A DNA stretch of 64,000 nucleotides from an uncultured Clostridia bacterium. GTDB lineage: Bacteria; Bacillota; Clostridia; TANB77; CAG-508. The DNA is taken from positions 6,186 to 70,185 of the forward strand of contig CANRGT010000006.1 in the NCBI GenBank assembly GCA_947630185.1, in the 5' to 3' direction. Of the stretch, positions 42,263-53,023 are shown piece by piece. The notes beneath the pieces were generated by a model. That model saw only the letters and a list, made by a program, of their open reading frames with translations, was not told the DNA's origin and made no database searches. The first letter of the stretch is position 1; every line of letters starts with the position of its first letter. Made by a program: the position numbers and the translations under genes.

Positions 42263-43780
42263 TTAAAAGCTTCTTTGTTTCAACATATCTTCCAAATCTT
42301 TTAAGGCTTTATCAGCTAACTTAGTGTACTTTAGTTTTTTATCTCTTATTCTTTCTTCACCTTGTGGCAAAATACCAAAATTTGCATTCATAGGTTGAAA
42401 TCTTGCATTTTCTGTTGAAATGTATTTTGATAATGCTCCTATCATAGTAGTATCTGGAAATATTATTTTTTCTTTAGAGATATTATCTACATTATTTATA
42501 TTGCTTACTGTCTTATTTTCTGACTGAGTCATATTACTTTCCTTATTAGCTTCCTCAAATTGCATTACTGTATTTAATCCTGCGACCATTCCTGATGAGA
42601 CAGACTCAACATACCCTTCTACACCTGTGATTTGACCAGCAAAGTATATGTTTGGATTTAATTTCATTTGATAAGTTTGATTTAATAGTTTTGTAGAATT
42701 GATATATGTGTTTCTATGCATTACACCAAATTTAACGAAATTAGCATTTTTTAATCCTGGTATCATACTAAATACTCTTTGTTGCTCTCCAAATTTTAAG
42801 TTTGTTTGGAAGCCTACCATATTAAATAAATTGCCCTCGCTGTTGTCTTGCCTTAATTGCACAACTGCATAAGGTCTTTTGCCAGTTCGTGGGTCTGTGA
42901 AGCCAACCGGCTTTAATGGTCCATACCTTAATGTATCTTTTCCCCTTTTAGCCATTATTTCAATTGGCATACATCCTTCAAATAATTCTCTTTTTTCAAA
43001 ATCATGTAAAGTTACTACTTCGCTATTTATCAATTCTTCATAGAAAGCTTCATATTCTTCTTTGTTCATTGGCAAATTTATATAGTTTTTTTCTTCATCT
43101 TTGCTTCTTCTTGAAAGCCATTCTTCTACAGTTTCTTCTTTTTTTCTTTCTTGCTCGTATCTATCTCCCCAAAAAGCTATTTTATCATCTATTGAATCCT
43201 TTTCTATAATTGGTGCTGCTGCATCATAGAAATATAGCTTATCTTCGCCTGTAAGATTTGCAATTTCTTTTGATAAGCCTTCTGAGGTTAATGGACCTGT
43301 GGCGATTATTACAATTCCATCTTTTGCCATTTGGGCTATTTCGTTATTTATTCCCTTACCATTTTTTTCACCATTATCAGCTAACTTAGTATTCACCTCT
43401 TCATGAATAGAGCCTACTTCTTGCCTGATAATTTCAATATTATCAAGCTTTTCTAGCTCTTCTGTTATTCTTTTTGAAAATATTTCTCTATCTACTGCTA
43501 AAGCTTGTCCTGCCGGTACTGCTGTTTCGTCTGCAATGCGAATTAAAAGAGAATCTAATCTCCTTAGCTCCTCTTTTAATAAACCACACGCATTTGTATG
43601 TAAATTAGATTTAAATGAATTGCTACACACAATTTCTGCTAAATTTTCATTGTGATGTGCTGGTGAAAACTTATGTGGCTTCATCTCATATAATTTTACT
43701 TTTATTCCTCTTTTTGCTATTTGGTAGGCCGCTTCTGAACCTGCAAGTCCACCACCTATTACTACTATATAATCGTTCAT
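42263..43780 (-). CDS. trmFO: methylenetetrahydrofolate--tRNA-(uracil-5-)-methyltransferase TrmFO
   Basis: VIGGGLAGSEAA, AEIVCSNS, FYDAAAPI, FEGCMPIE, MVGFQT.LK, GQITGVEGYVES. Confidence 0.96.
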   Translation of the reverse strand: MNDYIVVIGGGLAGSEAAYQIAKRGIKVKLYEMKPHKFSPAHHNENLAEIVCSNSFKSNLHTNACGLLKEELRRLDSLLIRIADETAVPAGQALAVDREIFSKRITEELEKLDNIEIIRQEVGSIHEEVNTKLADNGEKNGKGINNEIAQMAKDGIVIIATGPLTSEGLSKEIANLTGEDKLYFYDAAAPIIEKDSIDDKIAFWGDRYEQERKKEETVEEWLSRRSKDEEKNYINLPMNKEEYEAFYEELINSEVVTLHDFEKRELFEGCMPIEIMAKRGKDTLRYGPLKPVGFTDPRTGKRPYAVVQLRQDNSEGNLFNMVGFQTNLKFGEQQRVFSMIPGLKNANFVKFGVMHRNTYINSTKLLNQTYQMKLNPNIYFAGQITGVEGYVESVSSGMVAGLNTVMQFEEANKESNMTQSENKTVSNINNVDNISKEKIIFPDTTMIGALSKYISTENARFQPMNANFGILPQGEERIRDKKLKYTKLADKALKDLEDMLKQRSF

Positions 43781-43794
43781 TTCTTCCTTTCTTA

Positions 43795-46779
43795 CTACCC
43801 AAAAAGCTCCATTATATCTTCCTTTGATAGTTGATTAATAAAGGTATTCTGAGTAGATAACATATCATCTGCTAGCTTTGCTTTTCTTTGTTGTAATTCA
43901 TATATTTTTTCTTCTATTGAATTTTTAGTAATTAATTTATATACTTGGACATTGTGTTTTTGCCCTATTCTATAAGTTCTATCAGTTGCTTGGTTTTCTG
44001 CTGATAAATTCCACCATGGGTCATAGTGTACTACCATGTCTGCACCAGTTAAGTTTAAGCCTGTTCCTCCTGCTTTTAAAGAAATAAGGAATACTTTTAT
44101 ATTTTCATCTTGATTAAATCTTTCTACTAGATTTATTCTTTCTGCAACTTTGGTTTGCCCTGTTAGTTTTAAATATTCAATTCCTCTTTTCTTCAATTCT
44201 TTTTCTATCATTTCAAACATAGAAGTATAGCCTGAAAATAGTAACATTTTGTGTCCACTTGCTACTGCATCTTCTACAACCTCCATGCATTGAATAAGCT
44301 TACTGCTTTCACCTTCATAGTTTTGTAAAAATAGGCTTGGATGGCAACAAATTTGTCTTAGTCTCATTAATAATGCTAATATCTTTATTTGGCTATTTGC
44401 AAAGCCATTTTCTTGTATTTCTTCTGCTACTTCTTTTTTAGCACTAGCTAAATATGATAAATATATTTTTTGTTGTTCTTCTTGCATTTCATTATATAGA
44501 ACTGTTACTGTTTTGTCTGGTAACTCTGTTAAAACATCCTTCTTAATTCTTCTTAGTATAAATGGCTCAATCATTTTCTTTAATTGCTCCATTTTTTCTT
44601 GATTATTGTCTTTCACTATTGGTATTTCATATAATTCTTTAAATTTACGATATTTAAATAAATACCCTGGCATTATATAATCATAAATTGACCATAGCTC
44701 AGAAAGTGAATTTTCAATAGGTGTACCAGTTGATGCAAATCGTGTTTGTGCTACTATTTGCTTTATAGCTTTTGCATTTTGTGTATTATCATTTTTAATA
44801 TACTGTGCCTCGTCTGCTATCATATATTTAAATTCATAATTTTTTTCTGTATATATGTCAATATCTCTTTTTAATGAGTCATAGGAAGTAATTACTAAAT
44901 TATATTTTTCTATTTTATCTATTCTTCTTTTTCTTTCTGTTGCACTTCCACTAATAACTTCTACTTTTAAACTTGGTGTAAACTTATTTGCTTCGCCAAG
45001 CCAGTTTAAAGTTACTGAGCTTGGGCATACTACTAAGGATGGCTTTGAGTTTTTACCATTTTCATTTACATATGCTAAAACCACTGCTAACATTTGAAGG
45101 GTTTTTCCAAGTCCCATGTCGTCTGCAAGAACTCCACCAAATTCATACTTATCTAAGGTTCTAAGCCATTGATAACCAATTTTTTGATATGTTCTTAAAG
45201 TAGCATTTAAATTTGCTGGTAATTCTAGGTCCACAGTAGTTTGATTTTCCTTTAATCTGTCCACCATTGTTTGATATGTTTCGTTTGTTTGTATTTCTAC
45301 ATTTTTTAAATTTTTTAGTATTTTTTCTAGATAAAGGCTTCTATAACTTGGAAGTGTTATTACACCGTCTTTTATTGTATTGTAATTTATATACATATTA
45401 GTTGTAAGTTCTTCTAGGAATTGCATTGTCTCATTTTCTTCTAATTTTATATAACTTCCATCTTTTAGCCTGTGAAACTTCTTTTTCAATTCGTATTTTT
45501 CTAGCATTTGTGCTAAGTCAGATAAATCTATTCCTATTTGTGTTAAATCAATTTTTAATAAGTGATTTTCTATTCTTATTCCTATTGATTTTATTTGAAA
45601 TGAATTTATTTGCTTTTTACGAAAGCTATCTGTTGCTAGAACTTCATATTTTTTCATATATTCATCAATTTCTTCTGATAAAAATGAAAAGATATTATCT
45701 GAATTTGCAAGCACTAACCTTGCACTTTTTCTATCTAGCATAAAACCTGTTTCAATAAATCGATTTAATGCTTCATTTTCTCCAATTACATTTCGTGCAA
45801 TATTAACATTTTGCTCTAAGAATGGATTTATTTCTTGCTCTCCATAACAAAACTTAACATCTGCTGTGATGTTATTATTTGCATCATAATCTAGATATAT
45901 TTTAACTCCTAACTTTTTAGGAATGCACTTTTCCTGAACAGCTTGAGATAAATTTTCTGTAATTATATTATTTTTCATTCTTGGTGCTATCATAGAGAAA
46001 AAGCTTGTAAGCTCATTTTCATCTATAATAATTTCATTGGTATAGTTTTTACGCAACACGTCTAATATTTTTAAAGTATTATTTTCAAAGTCTTTAGTTG
46101 CACGATAAATTTCATTTGGGAATAAAAGATAAATATTCTCTTTTCCTTGTAAAATTTCATAACTAAAAACATCTATATTGCATGTTAATTTAAATCTATT
46201 TTCTTCTATTTGTTTTACTGTAAATGTGATATTAGGCTCATCTGCTGAGAAATAAATTGTTTTTTCTTTTTCGCCTCTTTGAAATAGCACCGTATTATTT
46301 TTAAGTGCATCAAAAAAATCGTCAAGACCAGTATTTGAAATTAAAATATTGTCTGGTATAAAATTTTTAATATAATAGTTGTATCCATTTGCTACTTCAT
46401 TATGATATTTCATAATTTCTGCATATTTTAATAAGAATTTTAATATTGGAAGTGATTCTTCTTCAAAGCTCTCTTCTTGATGAACTAAGTTTAATTTGCT
46501 TCCATATTGATAAACTTCTTTTTTTAACATTCTCTCATAAAATTCTGGTAAGTTTTTAATTTTATAGAATTGAGTATTCCCTATTTTAAATTCTACTTTT
46601 AGTGCTTTTGTAAATTCGTTATAATAAACCTTAGGTATAATCTTTATATTTTTGGCACACGAATCTTTACCTTCTTTTTTAGTTAATTCATCTTGTTCTG
46701 TTTGCAAAAAGGTATTTAATAATTGCTTATATACTCTATGATTTTCCTTCTCTCGTATTTGTTTTTGATTTTCTAACAT
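43795..46779 (-). CDS. SNF2-family helicase with SNF2_assoc domain
   Basis: LADDMGLGKT, DEAQ, TGTPIEN, LISLKAGGTGLNL, QATDRTYRIGQ. Confidence 0.95.
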   Translation of the reverse strand: MLENQKQIREKENHRVYKQLLNTFLQTEQDELTKKEGKDSCAKNIKIIPKVYYNEFTKALKVEFKIGNTQFYKIKNLPEFYERMLKKEVYQYGSKLNLVHQEESFEEESLPILKFLLKYAEIMKYHNEVANGYNYYIKNFIPDNILISNTGLDDFFDALKNNTVLFQRGEKEKTIYFSADEPNITFTVKQIEENRFKLTCNIDVFSYEILQGKENIYLLFPNEIYRATKDFENNTLKILDVLRKNYTNEIIIDENELTSFFSMIAPRMKNNIITENLSQAVQEKCIPKKLGVKIYLDYDANNNITADVKFCYGEQEINPFLEQNVNIARNVIGENEALNRFIETGFMLDRKSARLVLANSDNIFSFLSEEIDEYMKKYEVLATDSFRKKQINSFQIKSIGIRIENHLLKIDLTQIGIDLSDLAQMLEKYELKKKFHRLKDGSYIKLEENETMQFLEELTTNMYINYNTIKDGVITLPSYRSLYLEKILKNLKNVEIQTNETYQTMVDRLKENQTTVDLELPANLNATLRTYQKIGYQWLRTLDKYEFGGVLADDMGLGKTLQMLAVVLAYVNENGKNSKPSLVVCPSSVTLNWLGEANKFTPSLKVEVISGSATERKRRIDKIEKYNLVITSYDSLKRDIDIYTEKNYEFKYMIADEAQYIKNDNTQNAKAIKQIVAQTRFASTGTPIENSLSELWSIYDYIMPGYLFKYRKFKELYEIPIVKDNNQEKMEQLKKMIEPFILRRIKKDVLTELPDKTVTVLYNEMQEEQQKIYLSYLASAKKEVAEEIQENGFANSQIKILALLMRLRQICCHPSLFLQNYEGESSKLIQCMEVVEDAVASGHKMLLFSGYTSMFEMIEKELKKRGIEYLKLTGQTKVAERINLVERFNQDENIKVFLISLKAGGTGLNLTGADMVVHYDPWWNLSAENQATDRTYRIGQKHNVQVYKLITKNSIEEKIYELQQRKAKLADDMLSTQNTFINQLSKEDIMELFG

Positions 46780-46957
46780 AATACATCCTCCAGAATTTTA
46801 TCAATCTAGAATTATATCATAAAAGTTTTGATTTTTCAAGACATTTAAGCAGGGTTTTTGACATTTAGGCGGGTTTTTGTCTTAACCTTTTGAGTAATTT
46901 TTTCTTAACTTATTTCAAACTAGAATTTTTTCTTAGTTTAGTAAGTCTTTTGAAGCA

Positions 46958-46999
46958 AAAAAAATGTAGTACCTAATTTTTATAAGCACTACATTTTTT
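46958..46999 (-). terminator. terminator after the adhesin gene
   Basis: aaaaaatgtagt...actacatttttt hairpin. Confidence 0.55.
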
Positions 47000-47105
47000 C
47001 TTAAAGTGACTTAATTTTTATTATCAAATATTATTTACTTAAAATAATGTTGTATCTAATTGCCAGTTTTCCTTAAAACAAAAACCCCGTCCCATTGTCT
47101 TAACC

Positions 47106-50100
47106 TTAAATTACAAACTTCTTAATTAAAACTACTCCACCTGCTAAGATACTAACTACTACTAATATCAAACCTACATATGTTGGAACACTACCTGTTA
47201 CTACTCCTAGGATTACTGGTGCATCATCTATATCGTCTTCTCCTGGTTTGTTATTTCCTGGCTCAGAGTCTATATCTGGTGAGTGTGGGTCATTATTGTC
47301 TTTGTATATCTCTGCCCAGTTTACTTTCTCTCCTAAGTTGTTCTTATTGTTTATCCATGTTAGTATAATTTCTACTTGGGCACTCTCCCCTGGTTGTAAT
47401 AGTGTATCTTTTAATTGGTCTGTTAATACTTTTCCGTCTTCTTCTCTCCATAATGGATTATCTTTTGGATCAAATCTTAATCCTTCTGGAATGTAGTCTA
47501 TTAATTCTTTTGCATAGCCTGCTATTTCTCCTTCGTTTGTTACTTTTATTACGAATTTGAATTTGACTGTTGTTTTATCTATTCTACTTCCTCTTATTTC
47601 TACTTTTGCTGGTGGTTCTGGATTCTCATCTCCTGTATGTCCTGTCTTTGTTACTGTTGTTTTTCCACCATATGTTACTATTGATTCACTTACCCATTTC
47701 TTTAAGCTTAAGTCAAAGTATTGTACTTTTATTTTTTCTTCATCTATATCATCTTCGTCTGGCTCATCATTGTCTGGTGTAGAATCTACATCTTCTACTG
47801 GATCATTGTTTTCGTCTCTATCATCTGTTATTTCTGCTATATTAATTATTATTCTGTCTGATGTGTTTGGTTCTGATACTTTAAAAGCTATCTTTACATC
47901 TTTGTAGTCTGGCATTGTCATTGTTTCTTGGTCAAAGGCTTTTAATAAGTTCGCATTTTCCTCTTTTTCATTTTCTTTTGCTAAATAATCTGTTTCAATG
48001 TACTTAGCTTCTTCTACATTATCTGTTTCTATGTCTTCTTCAGTATACATTTTCCATCCATACTCTACGTTTGTTTCGTGGTCTGGTAAGAAAGTTAATC
48101 CTTCTGGTAAATCATCTTTTATTTTGCTTGCATAACCTGCCATATTTCCTTCATTAAATATTCTTAATGTATATGTTACTATATTACCATTTGCTACTTG
48201 TACAGGATCCTTTGGATGTTCATATTTGAATTCTGTTTCACTTAATTTTGTAAATACTGGCACTCTGTTTATTATGTCTGTATCATTTACCTTTGTTATG
48301 AATTTTCTTAACGCTAAGTCAAATCTTTGTAATATTAATTTTTCAAAGTCATCATCATCTTGTTGTCCTTCAATATATTTCTTTCCTGCTTCTATTTCTG
48401 TATCTTTATAATTTGGTAATTCTTCGTCTGTTGGTAAATTATCGTTTTGCACTTTGTCTTCTGGTTTTGAGTTATTATTTGTTAAACTATCCTCGGTTGA
48501 ATCTCTGTCTACTGTTTCAGGATTATGTTCTACATCTTCAAATCCAGTAATTTCAGCAATGTTTGTAATCTTTGTGTATATACTAATATCTTCTTTTACT
48601 TTACATCTTACTTGTACATCAATATAATCTAATTTTTCTCCATCAAATGCTTTTAATAAGACTTTATCTTCTCCTTCTACTCTCTCTGCATACATTGAAT
48701 CTCTAGTTGCTTCTTTATTTGTACTTGGTGATGTTATATCTGTTTTTATTGTTCTACCATCATCTGATAAAATCCATCCGTTTTTTACGTTTAATTCATC
48801 ATTTACTATGAATTCTAGTTCTTGTGGCAAATGATCTGTTATTTCTGTTACATATCCATCTATTTGGCCTTCATTGTATACTCTAATTGTATATGTTACA
48901 ATATTTCCATTTGATACACCTATAGGCTCTTTTGTATGTTCATATATTGCTGTAGTTTTAACTCCATTTGCTAAATCTGTTACTATTACATTTGGAGTTC
49001 TGTCATATTCTTTAACTTTTTCTCCACTTTGTACACTTGTAATGAATTTTCTTAAAGATAAATCAAAATACTTGCCTATCATTACTAATCTTTCAAAATC
49101 ATCGTCATCTTGTTGATTTTCATCTAAGTAATTATCTCTATCTACATTACTTGGAATCGAATCACGATCAACTACTGGTTTCTTATCTTCATCTAAGGTT
49201 TCAGTTATTTCTGCTATATTTCTTAAAGATTGGTCTTTATCTGTTACTGTTGCTGTAACTTCACATTCTATTTTTAAATCTTTGTATTTGATTTCAGTTC
49301 CATCAAATGCTTCTAGTAATGTATCTTCTAAATAGTTACTTACAATTGTTTTTCCATCTTTTGATGGATTAGACCACTTATACTCTGTATTTATTGTACT
49401 ATCTTTTGGATCAATAAAAGCTAAACCATTTGGTAAATAATCTGTTATTTGTTTTGCATAACCAGATATATTTCCTTCATTATATACTCTAATTGTATAA
49501 ACTATTTTGTCACCTGTTTGTACTTTTAGAGGATCTTTTGCATGTACTTTTTCGGCAGTTGTGCCATCATCCCATGTTGCAATTCCACTTGCTAATTTTC
49601 CTACTTCTTCTTGTGAAATCTTTGGCTCTCTTGCAAATTCATTTTCTCCTTCATTTTTTATATCAACTCCATTTATGCTTGTTATAAATTTTCTTAAAGC
49701 TAAGTCAAAGTTTTCCTCTTTTAAAATTAAATCTTCAAAGTCATCATCATCTTGTTGACTTTTCGTTCCATATGGCCAATCTACATTTCCTGCTTCTGAG
49801 TCACGATCTTTTATAGATGTATTTCCAGATTCATCTTTGTAAATTGTAATTTCTGCTACATTTTTTAGTGATTGTGTTTTAGAAGTTGCAATTACTTCAC
49901 ATTCTATTTTTAAATCTTCATAATCTAATGTGTTTCCATCAAAAGCATCTAATTTTTTATTACTTAAATAGTTGGTTACAATTGTTTTTCCATCATTTAA
50001 TGGATTTGTCCATCCATAAGTTGTATTTATTTGACTTTCTGATGTAGGTACAAATTTTAAACCTTCTGGTAAGTAGTCTGTTATTTGTTCAGCATAACCT

Positions 50101-51563
50101 GCTACATTTCCTTCGTTATATACCCTTATTGTATAAACTACTTTATATCCTTTTCTTACTGTTAAAAGGTCTTTTGTATGTACTTTTTCAGCTGTTGTAC
50201 CAGCATCCCATTTTGCCGTTTCTGTTTTTAGATTAGCTATTTCTTCTTCTGATATTTTTGGTGTTCTATCTACAGTTGGTGCTACATCATTAATTTCAGT
50301 TATAAATTTTCTTAAAGCTAAGTCAAATATTTTATCTGGTTCTTTTACAAATTCTTTTTCCACAGCAAAGTTTACTGGTTCTTTTTCTACTATAACAACT
50401 GGTTGGTCTGTATTTTTTGGTTCTTCAACTGACCAATAATTAGCAGTAGTAATAAAAAATGTTCCACTAACTTTAACATTTACAGTTGTAATGTCTTCTG
50501 TAGTATTTGGGATAGATATATAAAATACTTTATCATCAGATTCTTTATTTACTAAATCCTTTAAAGCAGTTACTTCTGTTTTAGTTGAATTTAAAATTTT
50601 AACATCTGAAATAAGAGCCTCTTTTCCATCTGTAACTGTTAATCCTAAAGTATAATCTATATTTCTTAACTCTTTCATTTTATATGGACCTATTATATAT
50701 CTTTCTCCTTTTACTTCAAGTGTAGGAGTTGTATTTTCTAAGCTTATTGGACTTTCTTTTAAGTTATTAGCATAATTGTATGAAAAATCAGGTTCACTAG
50801 GTATTTCTACTAAGTAATTAAATAATGCTTGACATGCCTCTGCTCTGTCTCTTCCATTTTTGAAAAAATTATCACTGCTACTTAATGATTGATAATTACT
50901 GTTTTCATTAGGTACTGCATTTAACCAAAATTCAAAAGTATCTTTTACATGATATTCATCTCCACTTGGGTTTGTATAATGCCATATTGCTAATTGTTGA
51001 ACTGCATCTATATCATCATCAGTTAAATACTCAAATTCATAACCAGATATATCAACATCTCCTTCTTTTTTTGCATATTCTTTAGCAGAATTTAATAACA
51101 TTTGTCTATTTTGTGTTGCTTGTAATTGACTAGCATCTGAAGAATTTGTTTTGGCTGGTACATATATGTTATCTAAAATCCACATTAATGCCATGTACTC
51201 TTTACTATTAACTTCAGGTAATTTATCTATATATTGTTGTGGTATAGTGCTAGGATTTTTCATATCAAAATATTTAGTATAATGTTGTTCTGTTGGAGTA
51301 GCTAAAAAAAGGTTTTCAGAGCCAAATCCTGGTCCTCCCTTTAAGCAATAAATCGTATCTCCCAAATCTTTTTCTGTATTATATATTTTCCATACATTTT
51401 TATTAGAGTTTGCTAATTGATATCCATATCCAGATTTTCTTAGCATTTTTATTTTTAAATTCAAATCTCCATCAGCAGCTTTTACAATATTAAATGAGCT
51501 ATTAAATGTCATAATAGCTAAGAAAAAAACTGCAATGATTAGCACCAATTTCTTTAATTTCAT
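47106..51563 (-). CDS. large surface protein with a Cys-Gln thioester domain and repeated DUF11-like stalk modules
   Basis: signal peptide; IYCL and VQQLAIWHY thioester motifs; five FDL(A/S)L(R/K)K modules with YTIRVYNEG and acidic DDDDFE linkers; C-terminal VVTG, TM, KK; start 51563 or 51584. Confidence 0.85.
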   Translation of the reverse strand: MKLKKLVLIIAVFFLAIMTFNSSFNIVKAADGDLNLKIKMLRKSGYGYQLANSNKNVWKIYNTEKDLGDTIYCLKGGPGFGSENLFLATPTEQHYTKYFDMKNPSTIPQQYIDKLPEVNSKEYMALMWILDNIYVPAKTNSSDASQLQATQNRQMLLNSAKEYAKKEGDVDISGYEFEYLTDDDIDAVQQLAIWHYTNPSGDEYHVKDTFEFWLNAVPNENSNYQSLSSSDNFFKNGRDRAEACQALFNYLVEIPSEPDFSYNYANNLKESPISLENTTPTLEVKGERYIIGPYKMKELRNIDYTLGLTVTDGKEALISDVKILNSTKTEVTALKDLVNKESDDKVFYISIPNTTEDITTVNVKVSGTFFITTANYWSVEEPKNTDQPVVIVEKEPVNFAVEKEFVKEPDKIFDLALRKFITEINDVAPTVDRTPKISEEEIANLKTETAKWDAGTTAEKVHTKDLLTVRKGYKVVYTIRVYNEGNVAGYAEQITDYLPEGLKFVPTSESQINTTYGWTNPLNDGKTIVTNYLSNKKLDAFDGNTLDYEDLKIECEVIATSKTQSLKNVAEITIYKDESGNTSIKDRDSEAGNVDWPYGTKSQQDDDDFEDLILKEENFDLALRKFITSINGVDIKNEGENEFAREPKISQEEVGKLASGIATWDDGTTAEKVHAKDPLKVQTGDKIVYTIRVYNEGNISGYAKQITDYLPNGLAFIDPKDSTINTEYKWSNPSKDGKTIVSNYLEDTLLEAFDGTEIKYKDLKIECEVTATVTDKDQSLRNIAEITETLDEDKKPVVDRDSIPSNVDRDNYLDENQQDDDDFERLVMIGKYFDLSLRKFITSVQSGEKVKEYDRTPNVIVTDLANGVKTTAIYEHTKEPIGVSNGNIVTYTIRVYNEGQIDGYVTEITDHLPQELEFIVNDELNVKNGWILSDDGRTIKTDITSPSTNKEATRDSMYAERVEGEDKVLLKAFDGEKLDYIDVQVRCKVKEDISIYTKITNIAEITGFEDVEHNPETVDRDSTEDSLTNNNSKPEDKVQNDNLPTDEELPNYKDTEIEAGKKYIEGQQDDDDFEKLILQRFDLALRKFITKVNDTDIINRVPVFTKLSETEFKYEHPKDPVQVANGNIVTYTLRIFNEGNMAGYASKIKDDLPEGLTFLPDHETNVEYGWKMYTEEDIETDNVEEAKYIETDYLAKENEKEENANLLKAFDQETMTMPDYKDVKIAFKVSEPNTSDRIIINIAEITDDRDENNDPVEDVDSTPDNDEPDEDDIDEEKIKVQYFDLSLKKWVSESIVTYGGKTTVTKTGHTGDENPEPPAKVEIRGSRIDKTTVKFKFVIKVTNEGEIAGYAKELIDYIPEGLRFDPKDNPLWREEDGKVLTDQLKDTLLQPGESAQVEIILTWINNKNNLGEKVNWAEIYKDNNDPHSPDIDSEPGNNKPGEDDIDDAPVILGVVTGSVPTYVGLILVVVSILAGGVVLIKKFVI

Positions 51564-51838
51564 AATTTTACCAACCTTCTTCACATACTAGTATTAATTT
51601 AATTTTACTTTCATTTCTTTAGTATGTCAATAACAGTATTTTACTGGTTTTCCATTATATTTCAATATCCATTTTTTTAGGCTTACGGATTTAATTTATT
51701 CAAAAAAATCAGTCATATATTACAATTATATTACATTTTCGTCATATTTTCAAGTATTTTAGTGTTTTTAATTTCTCTTTTTCTTATTTCCGTAGGATTT
51801 TGTCGATTGTTTTACATAATTTAGTGATTTCAATATAT

Positions 51839-51874
51839 AAAAAATCTCAGTCTTTTTTTAGACGGAGATTTTTT
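51839..51874. terminator. terminator hairpin similar to 53896-53934
   Basis: aaaatctcagtct-tttttt-agacggagatttt. Confidence 0.7.
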
Positions 51875-51901
51875 AGCTAAAATCAAATATCAGTTTTAAT
51901 G

Positions 51902-52780
51902 CTATAAAATTTTTTCTTTTTCTCTTTCTCTTAAAATAAGCCCTAATTTAATACCAGCTTCTATTTCACTTAGTTCTAGTGGTTTTCTTAACATTTTACC
52001 TATAACCTTCATTTCTTGCTTTTCTGATACTTTCCCTGATAATTCATCCCTAATTCTACTAATATATTCGTCAAACTTCATTGTTTCTAATTTTCTAGCT
52101 GCTATCAATTTTATTCTTTTTAAAATGTTTTCAAAATTTATATCATAATTTTCAAAACCTTTTTCAAGCATAAAGTCACCACCGTCTAATCTAACCTCTG
52201 ATAATCCCATTTTTCTTTTACTATCATATAATTTTACAAGTAATGCTACCATACTAGAATTTATAACTTTTCTATTTTCAGGTTTGAAATCATGAAATAA
52301 GTATTCTGGCTCTGGTACCCAAATTCCCCATTCTTTATCTTCTACACCAATACATCTAGCTTGGTAATAATATGGTGTAACATATAGCTCCCTCTTTTCA
52401 CCATTTTTGTCTGCAAAATAATAAAGTGGGCTAATAACATTACTTTTATTATCTTTACTTAAGCTTTGCAAGTTTTCAAATTCTCTTTTTCCAGTTCCAA
52501 ATGGTGTTGCCGGTTGATTTACTACAAGAGTATATTGTCTGCTTTCATCAATAGTTAAAACATAAACTAGCTGTGTACTTCCATAATTTATAAATTCTAT
52601 TCTTCTTTGGTTATATTGAAATTCTGGAACTGCATCACTTGCAAGTACTTGTTTAATAAAATTTTGTATACCAAAAAATTCATTTAAAGTGTTTTCTTCA
52701 CTATTTTTTCCAGGTGGCATTTTTAAATAATTTATTCCGCCATAATCAGGTATGCCTAAAGGGTCTTCTTTTCTTATCAT
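51902..52780 (-). CDS. hypothetical protein (possibly kinase-like fold)
   Basis: 292-aa ORF with AAGGAG RBS; INYGSTQLVY, EFENL and GGDFML are only weakly kinase-like. Confidence 0.7.
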   Translation of the reverse strand: MIRKEDPLGIPDYGGINYLKMPPGKNSEENTLNEFFGIQNFIKQVLASDAVPEFQYNQRRIEFINYGSTQLVYVLTIDESRQYTLVVNQPATPFGTGKREFENLQSLSKDNKSNVISPLYYFADKNGEKRELYVTPYYYQARCIGVEDKEWGIWVPEPEYLFHDFKPENRKVINSSMVALLVKLYDSKRKMGLSEVRLDGGDFMLEKGFENYDINFENILKRIKLIAARKLETMKFDEYISRIRDELSGKVSEKQEMKVIGKMLRKPLELSEIEAGIKLGLILREREKEKIL

Positions 52781-53023
52781 AAAATCTCCTTTTTTGTATT
52801 AAATTTTAGTTGGTTAAATTTACATAAAATATTATAACATTATTTCTTAAATATTGCAATGTCTTAAAAAATGGAAATTTTAAAATTTCATTGTCTTTTT
52901 TTATATCTCTTTACTTTTTATGTAAATTATGATAATATGATTATACTTTATGCTTTACTGCATGTATATTTATATACTCATGCTAATGAGTGTAAAGCAA
53001 ATACTATGAAAGGTGGAAACACT

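Noticed and set aside
52930-53023. Purine or ZMP/ZTP riboswitch upstream of purC
   Set aside because: It lacks the conserved cores (TATAA..ATATGG..GTTTCTACC..CCGTAAA for purine; GCCTGGGC for ZTP).
52871-53023. N-terminal extensions of PurC (and likewise SigG 3826-3873 and Bro-N 18304-18351) in the ORF track
   Set aside because: Downstream ATGs have proper RBSs and match the family N-termini, and the extensions overlap promoter or RBS sequence.
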